A stretch of DNA of 64,000 nucleotides, from NCBI GenBank assembly GCA_043815885.1, contig JBDRIL010000029.1, forward strand, positions 1-64,000, in the 5' to 3' direction. This DNA is from an archaeon. GTDB lineage: Archaea > Iainarchaeota > Iainarchaeia > Iainarchaeales > 1-14-0-10-31-34. The notes beneath the pieces were generated by a model, which saw nothing but the letters and a program-made list of their open reading frames with translations, did not search any database and was not told where the DNA came from. Both the position numbers and the translations under genes were made by a program. This document shows, piece by piece, positions 1 to 9,354 of this stretch (the first letter of the stretch is position 1; the number at the start of each line of letters is the position of its first letter).

Positions 1-1
1 A

Positions 2-913
2 GCTGCTGGTTTACTAGAAGGAGCCGATCTTGATACTTTGGATGTTTACTGTACGACTGAAGGAGACAGGTTAATTACTCTTACAACGAGTTGGAGTGTT
101 CCTGGTGCTTCTGATTCAGAAACAGATAATGCTTCCTTTAATGTAGCCCCTAACCTTCCTCCAACTGTTGATGCGGGAGGACCTTATTTTGGAGTAATTA
201 ATGAGGATTTTAATGTTTCTGGTTATGCTTTTGATCCTGATGGAGATGCAGTTAATGAAATTGAGTGGGTTAATATTCCACCAGAATGCACTTTGGTTGG
301 TGAAATTGTGAGTGGGATTGGAACTGATTATGCGGACAATAATGCAGTGATTAATTGTTCTATCAGGGGAGCAAAACAAATCAAGTTAAGGGCGAGTGAT
401 GAATTCGGGCATACAGGAGAGAATACAGCTAATGTATTTATTTCTCCAGAGGAAACAAATGTAATCATGGTTGATAACTTGAAGGTTAATCCATTGATTA
501 GAAATGGGAATGTTCCGCTTAATGTAAGTGCTTCAATAATTAATGTTACTCCACTTGCAACAAATGTAACTGTAAGAATTTATATTACTGATGAAGAAGG
601 AAATGAAAAAGAGATAGAAGAAACAATAGAATTGCCAATTGCTGGAGCAGGAACTGAAGAAGTGAGTCATTCCTTTGCGGCTGATGAACTGGATTGGGGT
701 TTGAATGACATTGGAAATTATTTCGTTGTAGTTGAAGCTGTAGCTGCAATGGACCCTCCGGAAGAATATTTATTTGATAATGAAAGAAGAGAGGCATGGA
801 CTAACGCAATAAAGAGAAAGGTTGCTGTAACAGAAGCCAATTACTTATCAGTGATAATTGTATTAATGGCTGCATTAATGATAATTTTTTACAGGAAAAA
901 AGCAAACAATTAA
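2..913 (+). CDS. Surface protein, 5' partial; Ig-like/PKD-like domains and C-terminal TM sorting tail
   Basis: Frame is open from position 2. PKD-like NLPPTVDAGGPY...DPDGD; ends VTEANYL-hydrophobic helix-RKK; C-terminal domain shared with 976..3060 and 23238..23792. Confidence 0.75.
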   Translation, partial: AAGLLEGADLDTLDVYCTTEGDRLITLTTSWSVPGASDSETDNASFNVAPNLPPTVDAGGPYFGVINEDFNVSGYAFDPDGDAVNEIEWVNIPPECTLVGEIVSGIGTDYADNNAVINCSIRGAKQIKLRASDEFGHTGENTANVFISPEETNVIMVDNLKVNPLIRNGNVPLNVSASIINVTPLATNVTVRIYITDEEGNEKEIEETIELPIAGAGTEEVSHSFAADELDWGLNDIGNYFVVVEAVAAMDPPEEYLFDNERREAWTNAIKRKVAVTEANYLSVIIVLMAALMIIFYRKKANN

Positions 914-975
914 ATTAAGAAAAGACATATTATCTAATTGTTTTTAATTAATTAGAAATATTAGATGGAAGATTA

Positions 976-3060
976 ATGAAGAAAATAATTTTATTGATTG
1001 GATTTATTTGCTTAGTTTCAATTACTGTAGTTGCATATAACTACAACGAAGGCAATCCAGCTACAGAAACCACCCTATTGCAGGAAGAAGAAAACGTGAT
1101 TTATTTGGATGATGAAATAGAAGCTGTTTTCGAGGCAACTGTTACCCCAAGCGATGAACTCAAATGCGGGGAAGACATTACAGTGGAGTTATCCATCAGT
1201 GTTCCTGATCCATTAAGGATTCCAGTGGATATAATGCTTGTAATGGATAGGAGCGGAAGCATGGATGAGGACATAGACCCAGGCTTTGGATATAGGGCAA
1301 AAATGGATGCAGCAAAAGATGCAGCAAAAGCATTCGTTAATCTTGGGTACTGGGATGAAGGCGACCAGATTGGATTGGTTTCGTATGCAACTCCTAATGT
1401 TACCTTAGACTCCCAATTGATGGCAATGGATGATTCAAACAAGGCTAACTTAAATGTAACAATAAATAGCTTGAATGCTTTGGGAGGAACTCCAACGGGT
1501 TATGCAGTAGAAGCTGCAACAACTGAACTGAATTCTGTAAGAGCAAATCCTGAAGCAAGTAAAATAGAAATACTTCTTACTGATGGATATTCAAACTGCT
1601 GTCCTGACACATACACTGAAGATTATGTCCCCCCTCTGTTTTGTTGTCTTGGATGTGGTGGTACTAAGTGCGGTCTTAATCTTCCCTGCCATGACCCCTG
1701 TAGACCTTATTTGGAAGATATAGCACAAGAAGCAAAAGATGAAGGCATAACAATTTATACTATTGGTTTTGGTATGGATGAAGAGGACGTAGATAAAGAT
1801 GAATTGGAAGCTGTTGCAAACATTACTGGAGGAAAATATTATTTTGCTGCAACTGAAGAGGAACTGAATGATATTTACGATCAGATTGCGGAATTGATTC
1901 AGATCGAAATAAAGAATATTTATGTAGTTATTGTTCCTGCTATAGCGACTCTTGCTGATGGAAGCGAGATTCAGTTAGAGGAAGACCTGATTTATGATGT
2001 TGATTCAATTAATCCTGGAGAGCCATGGACTGCTTCTTATACTCTGAATATTCCCTGTGATTCTGATTTAGCGTGTGACATTGATTCAATCAGTTTTCCG
2101 GGGGAAGGCTCTTACATTAAATACAAGTACTGTTCGGCTGGGCAGGAAGATGCAGACTTGAAAGGCGAATCTGATGAATCTGTAATTACGTTTGGATGCC
2201 AAAGGCCAATCGCTTACTGGGATGAAGAATCAATTGTTGAACTTCCATTCAGGAGCAGGGACTTGGGAATTGAAATAACTTCAGGGGAAGTGGTTGGACC
2301 GAATGAAGTGCAGGTAAGCCTGAAGGCAAGCAATCGTAATGATTTAAGTTCAGGGGCAACAGATGTAAGGATTTATGTTGGAGGGGAGAGCGGCTGCGGA
2401 GATGCAGGAGCCCCAAAAAAGGTTTTGAGTGTTGAGGCAATGTGTGGAGACAGGAATGCGAGTTGTGTTGATAAACCTAAATTCGTTGTGTGGACTGATG
2501 AAGAGCTTTCTCCTGAAGGAATGGTTTGCGCAAGAATAAATGAAGGCAAGCAGGTAAGCGAATGCCCGAGAAATAACTCGGATGAAATGCTGCTTGAATC
2601 CCCCAGCACAAATATTAAGATAGAGGACTTAAAGTTAAACCCAAAGTTTAAGACAGAGGAATTTGATTTAACTGCAACTGCATGGATAAAGAATGAAGGA
2701 AAGAATGACGCAGTAGTTGATGTTGAATTCTATATAAGTGAAGTGGATGGAACAGGAAAATACTTTGTTCAAAAAAGAGAGGGCATAAGCATTCCTGCAA
2801 ACAGCACAAGAGAAGAGAGTGTAACTTTTTCCAGGAATAACCTGAATTTCGAATTGGAAAGAATACAGAATTACTTTGTGGTGGTCGAAGCAGAGATAGA
2901 TCCTTCAGGAGGGATATCTGAAGAATACCTTTTTGATAACAGCAGAAGAGAGGCATGGACAAATGCATTAAAGCGTCCACTGGTAGTGCCAGAAATAAAT
3001 TATTTGTTTATTTTAATGGTGGCGGGATTTATAGTGTTTGTATTAGCAGGAAAAAAATGA
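976..3060 (+). CDS. Secreted VWA-domain surface protein with C-terminal Ig-like domain and TM tail
   Basis: Signal peptide MKKIILLIGF; MIDAS DRSGS, GGTPT, LLTDG, TIGFG, TGGKYY; ends VPEINYL-TM-KK. Confidence 0.85.
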   Translation: MKKIILLIGFICLVSITVVAYNYNEGNPATETTLLQEEENVIYLDDEIEAVFEATVTPSDELKCGEDITVELSISVPDPLRIPVDIMLVMDRSGSMDEDIDPGFGYRAKMDAAKDAAKAFVNLGYWDEGDQIGLVSYATPNVTLDSQLMAMDDSNKANLNVTINSLNALGGTPTGYAVEAATTELNSVRANPEASKIEILLTDGYSNCCPDTYTEDYVPPLFCCLGCGGTKCGLNLPCHDPCRPYLEDIAQEAKDEGITIYTIGFGMDEEDVDKDELEAVANITGGKYYFAATEEELNDIYDQIAELIQIEIKNIYVVIVPAIATLADGSEIQLEEDLIYDVDSINPGEPWTASYTLNIPCDSDLACDIDSISFPGEGSYIKYKYCSAGQEDADLKGESDESVITFGCQRPIAYWDEESIVELPFRSRDLGIEITSGEVVGPNEVQVSLKASNRNDLSSGATDVRIYVGGESGCGDAGAPKKVLSVEAMCGDRNASCVDKPKFVVWTDEELSPEGMVCARINEGKQVSECPRNNSDEMLLESPSTNIKIEDLKLNPKFKTEEFDLTATAWIKNEGKNDAVVDVEFYISEVDGTGKYFVQKREGISIPANSTREESVTFSRNNLNFELERIQNYFVVVEAEIDPSGGISEEYLFDNSRREAWTNALKRPLVVPEINYLFILMVAGFIVFVLAGKK

Positions 3061-3068
3061 TTAATTCT

Positions 3069-4028
3069 CTATTCCTTTATTTCTACTTCATCTATTAGTC
3101 CATCCCCATCCAAATCCATTCCCTCTACTACCTTGGAATGGGTTTTTTTGTCAAAAAGGTTTGGCTTAATTATCTTGGAAGGATTTTTTACTAGAGCAGT
3201 TATTGCTGCCTTGGTTCCGGCATTCCTTTTTCCTGCAATAACCATTATCTGCTTGTTTTTGTATTTAGGATGAACAATTTTTTCAATTATTCCGATTGAA
3301 TCTTCTGTATATTCTTTTTCTGAGGCCTTTGATTTAATTATCCAGTGGCCTCCAAAAGGAATGAACTTGCAATTCAATTTATTGTTTATCTCTCTGGTGA
3401 GTTTGTTGGTGAGGATGCCTCCAACAATAATCAGGTTAGAGTTCTCTGAAGCAATTGATTTAATTTCTGTATCAAGAAAAACAAAGGGAAAATCAATTTC
3501 ACTGCACAGAGAGCCTAAAAAAGCAGAAAACTCTACTGCCAAGTGCGCGTCCCTTGCCCTTGCCTTGAATTCCCCATGAGGATCAGGGCTTCCAACAACG
3601 ATTTTTGCATTGAGTTTTCCATCCTTAATGAATGGCTCAAAGAATTCTTCTAAACTGCCTTTCAATTCCTTTTTCTTGGTTTTGAAGGAAAAACCCTTTT
3701 TCCTGTAATTTTTTTCTTCAAAAGGAATAAGAGAAAGGGATTCAATTGAAGGCCTATAGTATTTGGCTAAAGCGCCAAGCCTTTCCTCTGTCCTGTCCAA
3801 TTCAATTAAGCCGGAAGATTTCAGTTTTTTAATGTAGTAATATACTTTTTGTTCATGGAGATTCAATTCCTTTGCTATCTCTGCAGGGTAAGAGGGTTTT
3901 TTGGAGAGAAGCTGGAATATCTTCCATCCAGTCTCACTGAGCAAGGGTTTGAGTGACCTTACCTCAGTGAATAATTTTGTTGGAATTTCATTTCCATTAT
4001 CAGAGATAAATGCAGTCATATCAACCAA
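3069..4028 (-). CDS. ArsR-like HTH transcriptional regulator with C-terminal alpha/beta domain
   Basis: wHTH YPAEIAKELNLHEQKVYYYIKKL; C-terminal VVGSPDPHG/IIVGG/VIAG pattern; divergent from glmS; start may be ATG at 4019. Confidence 0.75.
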   Translation of the reverse strand: MVDMTAFISDNGNEIPTKLFTEVRSLKPLLSETGWKIFQLLSKKPSYPAEIAKELNLHEQKVYYYIKKLKSSGLIELDRTEERLGALAKYYRPSIESLSLIPFEEKNYRKKGFSFKTKKKELKGSLEEFFEPFIKDGKLNAKIVVGSPDPHGEFKARARDAHLAVEFSAFLGSLCSEIDFPFVFLDTEIKSIASENSNLIIVGGILTNKLTREINNKLNCKFIPFGGHWIIKSKASEKEYTEDSIGIIEKIVHPKYKNKQIMVIAGKRNAGTKAAITALVKNPSKIIKPNLFDKKTHSKVVEGMDLDGDGLIDEVEIKE

Positions 4029-4182
4029 GGCAATTTATTAAAATATCCATAACGGTATTAATATTATTTTAATAATGGTGCTAAATATTTATAAATAAAT
4101 CGCTTCCTTCTATAATTTTCTTTTTAGTGGTCCAATAAAGGATTTAACGGGATTAATATATTAGTTAAAGAGTAATTATACT

Positions 4183-5952
4183 GTGTGCGGAATCATTGGT
4201 TTTGTTGGAAAACAGAGGGCAGACAGAATTATCTTTAATTCCCTGAAGAAGTTAGAGTACAGAGGATATGATTCTTGGGGGATGGCTTTTCCAGGAAAGG
4301 AAAGCATTGTTTCAGTGAAAAGAGTCGGAGCAATCTCTTCCCTCCCAAAAAAAACCAGTTTCAGCAATTCCTTCATTGGATTAGGGCATACGAGATGGGC
4401 AACACACGGAGGAGTGGAAGAAAAAAATGCTCACCCATTATTTTCCTGTGATAAAAGGATTGCCGTAGTGCATAACGGGATAATAGAGAATTTTTCTTCA
4501 CTAAAAAAAGAATTAATCAAAAAAGGCCACAGGTTCAGGAGTGAAACTGATTCAGAGGTCATTGCACATTTAATTGAAGAGAGAGTTAAGAGAGGAGATG
4601 GACTGTTAAAGGCAGTTGCTTCCTCCTGCAGGAAACTGAATGGAAGTTATGCTTTCCTGGTTTTTTCCCTGGATGAACCGGAGAAAATTATTGCAGTGAG
4701 GAATGAAAGTCCTTTGATTTTAGGGATCTCCAGAAAAGGAATCTTTGCTTCCTCTGATCAACTTCCAATTCTTTCCTTTACAAATAAATTTGTTTTTCTG
4801 GATGACGGAGAGATGGCTCTCCTTGAAAAAAATTCATTCAAGTGCTTTGCTCTTCCTTCCTTAAAACCAATAAAAAAACCAATTAATTCAATCACTTCAA
4901 CCATCACTACCTCCGGAAAAAAGAAGTACAGTTACTTCATGATGAAGGAGATAATGGAACAACCCACAGTAATGAAGGATGTGCTGAGGCAGGAGAAAAA
5001 GAATTTTGATTCAATAAAGAAATTACTTGCAAAAAGAAGAATATTTTTTGTTGCAAACGGCACTTCATTCAATGCAGCAATGATTGGAAGAGATTACTTC
5101 AACAGAATTGCTGGAAAGAATTCAGAAGTAATCAATGCATCCGAATTCTGTTATGAGGCAGACTTCCTTCCAAAAAATTCAGTTTTAATTGCCATCTCCC
5201 AGAGCGGGGAAACAGCTGATGTGCTTGATGCAGTGAGGGAAGCAAAAAAGAAAAAACTTCCAGTTATTTCTGTTCTGAATATTTTTGGTTCAACCCTTGA
5301 CAGAATGAGTGATAAAAGAATTTACCTGAATTGCGGGGAAGAAATTGGAGTAGCTTCAACCAAAGCCTTTACTTCTCAAGTGGCAATTCTTTATCTTTTG
5401 GCTAATGCATTGAATGGAAGATTCAATGAAGGATTGAAGGAATTAAGGGAGATTCCTAAAAAAATGAAGAAAACAATTCAATTGAATCATTCTAAAGTAA
5501 TTAAATTAAGCAAGAAGATAAAGAACAAAAATGACGTTTACTTTATTGCCCGTTCAATTAATTTCCCTATTGCATTAGAGGGAGCATTAAAGTTAAAGGA
5601 AATCTCTTACCTTCATGCTGAAGCATTTTATGCAGGAGAACTGAAACACGGGACACTTTCATTGATTGAATCAGCTACACCAGTAATAGCAATTGCTCCA
5701 AGCGATTCATGCATGAATGACACAATCAGAAACGCAATTGAAGCAAAGAGCAGAGGCGCAATGGTTGTTGGAGTGAGTGACAAAAAAAATAATTTATTTG
5801 ATTTACAGCTATTGCTTCCAAAAACCTCTTCCCTTCTTTATCCATTGATTGCAGTAGTTCCATTACAGTTGCTTTCCTATTACACTGCGATTTCTCTGAA
5901 GAGAAATCCGGATAAGCCAAGGAATCTGGCAAAGAGCGTGACAGTAAAATGA
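4183..5952 (+). CDS. glmS: Glutamine-fructose-6-phosphate transaminase (isomerizing)
   Basis: N-terminal MCGI, EYRGYDS, GHTRWATHG, SQSGET, GELKHG, C-terminal PRNLAKSVT. Confidence 0.98.
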   Translation: MCGIIGFVGKQRADRIIFNSLKKLEYRGYDSWGMAFPGKESIVSVKRVGAISSLPKKTSFSNSFIGLGHTRWATHGGVEEKNAHPLFSCDKRIAVVHNGIIENFSSLKKELIKKGHRFRSETDSEVIAHLIEERVKRGDGLLKAVASSCRKLNGSYAFLVFSLDEPEKIIAVRNESPLILGISRKGIFASSDQLPILSFTNKFVFLDDGEMALLEKNSFKCFALPSLKPIKKPINSITSTITTSGKKKYSYFMMKEIMEQPTVMKDVLRQEKKNFDSIKKLLAKRRIFFVANGTSFNAAMIGRDYFNRIAGKNSEVINASEFCYEADFLPKNSVLIAISQSGETADVLDAVREAKKKKLPVISVLNIFGSTLDRMSDKRIYLNCGEEIGVASTKAFTSQVAILYLLANALNGRFNEGLKELREIPKKMKKTIQLNHSKVIKLSKKIKNKNDVYFIARSINFPIALEGALKLKEISYLHAEAFYAGELKHGTLSLIESATPVIAIAPSDSCMNDTIRNAIEAKSRGAMVVGVSDKKNNLFDLQLLLPKTSSLLYPLIAVVPLQLLSYYTAISLKRNPDKPRNLAKSVTVK

Positions 5953-6416
5953 TTTTAAGAAAAGCAAGAAAAAGCGATGCAAAAGGAATTGCAGAAGTAA
6001 TGATTGAATTCTATAATATTTCTTCTATTAAGGAAGGAGTGAATGCATTCAGGGAAGAAACATGTAGGGGGCATAATTTTATTGTAGCGATTGAAGGAAA
6101 AAAAGTGGTTGGATTTACTTCCTGGCTGGCGCATGGTTTGGCTAAACACGGTCTGGCTGAATTGGACAGGATTGCTGTATTGGAGGAACTGAGAGGAAAA
6201 GGAACTGGAAAAAAACTATTCAATTTTCTGGAGAAGGAAGCAAAGGAATACTACAAAAAAAGAAATTCAAGATTAAGAAAATTATTCATTTTAACGCATG
6301 CCTCAAATACAAAAGCTCAGGCATTTTATTCCTCGCTTGGATTAAAGCATGAAACAACATTAAAGAATCATTATTATGCAGGGGAAGATGAATTCGTTTT
6401 CAGTAAATTTTTTTAA
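5949..6416 (+). CDS. GNAT family N-acetyltransferase
   Basis: Acetyl-CoA motif RGKGTG, N..AQAFY..LG; ATGA overlap with glmS stop. Confidence 0.9.
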   Translation: MILRKARKSDAKGIAEVMIEFYNISSIKEGVNAFREETCRGHNFIVAIEGKKVVGFTSWLAHGLAKHGLAELDRIAVLEELRGKGTGKKLFNFLEKEAKEYYKKRNSRLRKLFILTHASNTKAQAFYSSLGLKHETTLKNHYYAGEDEFVFSKFF

Positions 6417-6430
6417 TGAAGGTTTTTTGA

Positions 6431-8128
6431 ATGAAGATAAAGGCAGTTATTTTTGATTTGGATGACACTCTTTTTGACTGCAGTGGAATGCTTGTAGAGA
6501 ATGCAAGAAAACGCTCAGTAAAGGCAATGGTTAAAGCAGGACTGAATCTCGGCGAAAAGGAATTAATGCAGGAACAAAAAAAAGTATTGCAGGAAGATCC
6601 AAAATGTGATGTATTTGAATTAATTTTAAGGAACGCCAAGTTGAGTGAAAGAGAAAGAAAGAGGATTAAGAAGGCTGCACTGAAGGCATATAATTCAGAT
6701 GTAGTTGAAAAAATAAAGCTCTTTCCAGATGTAATGCCTACTTTAAGGGAATTAAAGAAGAAAAAAATCAAGCTGGTAATAATTACCTCCGGCTTATACA
6801 GAAGACAGATGAAGAAAGTCAGGTTATTGAAGCTGAATAAATTAATGGATTTAGTTTTAGTGCATGATATAGAGAAAGATCCCTCATTTTATCAGGAGCA
6901 TTTTCTTGATGCACTAAAAAAATTCAATTTAAAGTCCTCTGAAGTGGCAGTGACTGGAGACAGGCTTTATGCAGAGATAAAGACTGCCAACAAGCTAGGA
7001 ATGCATTCAATTCAGTTCATGCATGGAAGATTCAGGAAACTTAAACCAGAGAATGAATTAGAGAAGGCTGACTATAAAATCAGAAAGATTTCTGAAGTAT
7101 TAAATATAATCAAAAAAATTGAGTCTCTTCCAACAAAAAAGGAATTTGAGGAACTGAAAGTAGTGGCAATTGGAGGAGGTACTGGACTGCCAAATGTATT
7201 GTTTGGATTAAAGAAATTTACTGCTAACCTTACTGCAATAGTTACTGTAACTGATTCAGGCAGAAGTTCGGGGAGACTGAGAAGAGAACTGAATGTATTG
7301 CCTCCAGGAGACATAAGGAATTGTTTGGTAGCGTTAAGTGATTCAGAAAAATTAATGAAGGACTTGTTCCAGTACAGGTTTTTTGGAGAGAATGAATTGA
7401 ATGGCCACAGTTTTGGAAATTTATTTATTGCTGCTTTGGCTAAATTAACTGGTTCTTTCGAAAAAGGAATTGAAAAGGCAAGCAATATCCTTGCAATAAA
7501 GGGAAGAGTGCTTCCTTCAACACTGGAAGACGTGTATCTTTGCGCTGAATTAAAGAACGGAGAAATGATTGAAAGAGAGGAAGTAATCAGAAGCAAAGCC
7601 CTTCCAATAAAAAAGGTCTTCCTAAAACCATCAAATGCAAAACCACTGAATAAAGCAGTGAAAGCAATAATGGACGCAGATGCAATAGTTATTGGGCCGG
7701 GTTCATTGTTTACCTCCATTATCCCGAATCTCTTGGTTAATGGAATTCCTGAAGCAATAAAGAAATCCAAGGCAAAAAAGATTTATGTATCCAATATAGT
7801 TACCCAGCCAGACCAAACAAAAAACTTTACAGTCTCTGAACACGTAAAAACAATAGAAGAATATTTAGGAAAGAGAGTAATTGATTTTGTTATAATTAAC
7901 AATATGCCCCCTCCAAAAAATTTATTGAAGAAATACAGGGAAGAAGATTCAGGTTTAGTGAAGGCCAACAAAAAGGAATTAAAGAAAATCAATGCAAAAA
8001 TAATTGAAGAAAACCTGATTGAAAAAATAAAGGAAGAAAAAAAACCCCTTCTATGGGAAAAAAAGTATTTATTAAGGCACGATCCATTCAAACTGGCTGA
8101 ATGCATTCTGAGAACAGTGAAAGAATAG
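6431..8128 (+). CDS. Fusion of HAD-IA hydrolase and YvcK/GlmR (UPF0052/CofD-like) domain
   Basis: N-term FDLDDTL, ITSG, TGD..AEI; C-term VAIGGGTG, DSGRSSG, PPGDIRN, GHSFGNL, GPGSLFTSIIPNL, RHDP. Confidence 0.9.
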   Translation: MKIKAVIFDLDDTLFDCSGMLVENARKRSVKAMVKAGLNLGEKELMQEQKKVLQEDPKCDVFELILRNAKLSERERKRIKKAALKAYNSDVVEKIKLFPDVMPTLRELKKKKIKLVIITSGLYRRQMKKVRLLKLNKLMDLVLVHDIEKDPSFYQEHFLDALKKFNLKSSEVAVTGDRLYAEIKTANKLGMHSIQFMHGRFRKLKPENELEKADYKIRKISEVLNIIKKIESLPTKKEFEELKVVAIGGGTGLPNVLFGLKKFTANLTAIVTVTDSGRSSGRLRRELNVLPPGDIRNCLVALSDSEKLMKDLFQYRFFGENELNGHSFGNLFIAALAKLTGSFEKGIEKASNILAIKGRVLPSTLEDVYLCAELKNGEMIEREEVIRSKALPIKKVFLKPSNAKPLNKAVKAIMDADAIVIGPGSLFTSIIPNLLVNGIPEAIKKSKAKKIYVSNIVTQPDQTKNFTVSEHVKTIEEYLGKRVIDFVIINNMPPPKNLLKKYREEDSGLVKANKKELKKINAKIIEENLIEKIKEEKKPLLWEKKYLLRHDPFKLAECILRTVKE

Positions 8129-8130
8129 AA

Positions 8131-9348
8131 TTATTTTTTTGGCTTCATTACGATTAAAGTGTAGTTTTTTTCTTTCAGGAAGTTCTTTGCTGTTTCTTGT
8201 ACTTGTTTTGAGGTAACGGAATGAATTCTTTTAAGGAAGTCTTTTGTGTACTTTACCTTGTTTCTCTTGTAATTAATCAGGTTTAAGGCTAAATCAAAAT
8301 TGTTTTCTTCTGTGAGAAGCAGTTTTCCTTCAATGTATTGTTTTGCTTTATTCAATTCTTCTTTGGTTAGTTTTTTTTCTCTTAAGGCCTTTATTTCTTT
8401 TTCAATTAATTCCTTTACTAAAGGAATCTTTTCTTTTCTTGCCCCAACATACACGGCAAAGTAACCGAAGTAATTTCCTGCCTCTAAATGTGATTGTACT
8501 GCATAAGCAAGACCTCTCTTCTCCCTTATCTCCTGCATCAGCCTGCTACTTAACCCACCCCCTAAATGAGCATTAATTACTTCCATTATATAGTGTTCTT
8601 TTTTAGTGGAAGGAGTGACCTGAAAACCATAAATTAAATGCGCCTGGCTTAATTCCCTTTTAATTAATTTGTTTCTTTCAGTTATTTTTTCTTTCCTGAA
8701 TTCCTTTACATCTCTTGGTTTCTTTTTTTTCGTGGAAAATGATTCCTCAATTTTTTTCTTTACTTTCAATGGATTAATGTTTCCTACAACTGAAACAATT
8801 ATGTTTGAAGGAGTGTAAAATTCATTAAAGTAATCAATGATGTTCTTTCTGCTGATTCCTTTCACTGTTTTCTTTGTTCCAATAATGCTCTTCATTTTAT
8901 TGTCCTTAAAGCAGAGCTGCTGGAATAAATCAAAGAGGTAATTCGGAACATTGTCCTTTATCTGGCTTATCTCTCTTAGAACAATCTTTTTCTCTAATTT
9001 AAGGTTTTTTTCCTTGAACAGGGAATTATTCAGGCAGTCCTGCAATACGTCCAGTCCTTTACCAAAGTGCTTGTCCTGGACTTCAACAAAGAAACAAGTC
9101 ATTTCATTGGAGGTGAATGCATTAATCTTTCCTCCAATTTTGTCAATCTCTTCAGCCAGTTCTTTCTTGTTTCTTTTCTTGGTTCCAGTGAAAGCCATGT
9201 GTTCAATTAAGTGAGCTATTCCTGAATGTTTTGTTTTCTCAAAAATTGAACCAAAATTAATTGAAATAAGGATTGCAACAGAATTACTGTCTTTTCTTTC
9301 CTTTACAAGCAGATTCAATCCATTACTCAAAACGAATTCTTTGATCAT
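8131..9348 (-). CDS. M16 family zinc peptidase
   Basis: Inverted zinc motif HLIEH, NAFTS, SRLMQEIREKRGLAY. Confidence 0.95.
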   Translation of the reverse strand: MIKEFVLSNGLNLLVKERKDSNSVAILISINFGSIFEKTKHSGIAHLIEHMAFTGTKKRNKKELAEEIDKIGGKINAFTSNEMTCFFVEVQDKHFGKGLDVLQDCLNNSLFKEKNLKLEKKIVLREISQIKDNVPNYLFDLFQQLCFKDNKMKSIIGTKKTVKGISRKNIIDYFNEFYTPSNIIVSVVGNINPLKVKKKIEESFSTKKKKPRDVKEFRKEKITERNKLIKRELSQAHLIYGFQVTPSTKKEHYIMEVINAHLGGGLSSRLMQEIREKRGLAYAVQSHLEAGNYFGYFAVYVGARKEKIPLVKELIEKEIKALREKKLTKEELNKAKQYIEGKLLLTEENNFDLALNLINYKRNKVKYTKDFLKRIHSVTSKQVQETAKNFLKEKNYTLIVMKPKK

Positions 9349-9354
9349 AGAAAT

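Noticed and set aside
4029..4182. glmS ribozyme upstream of glmS
   Set aside because: Short AT-rich divergent promoter region without the conserved ribozyme core
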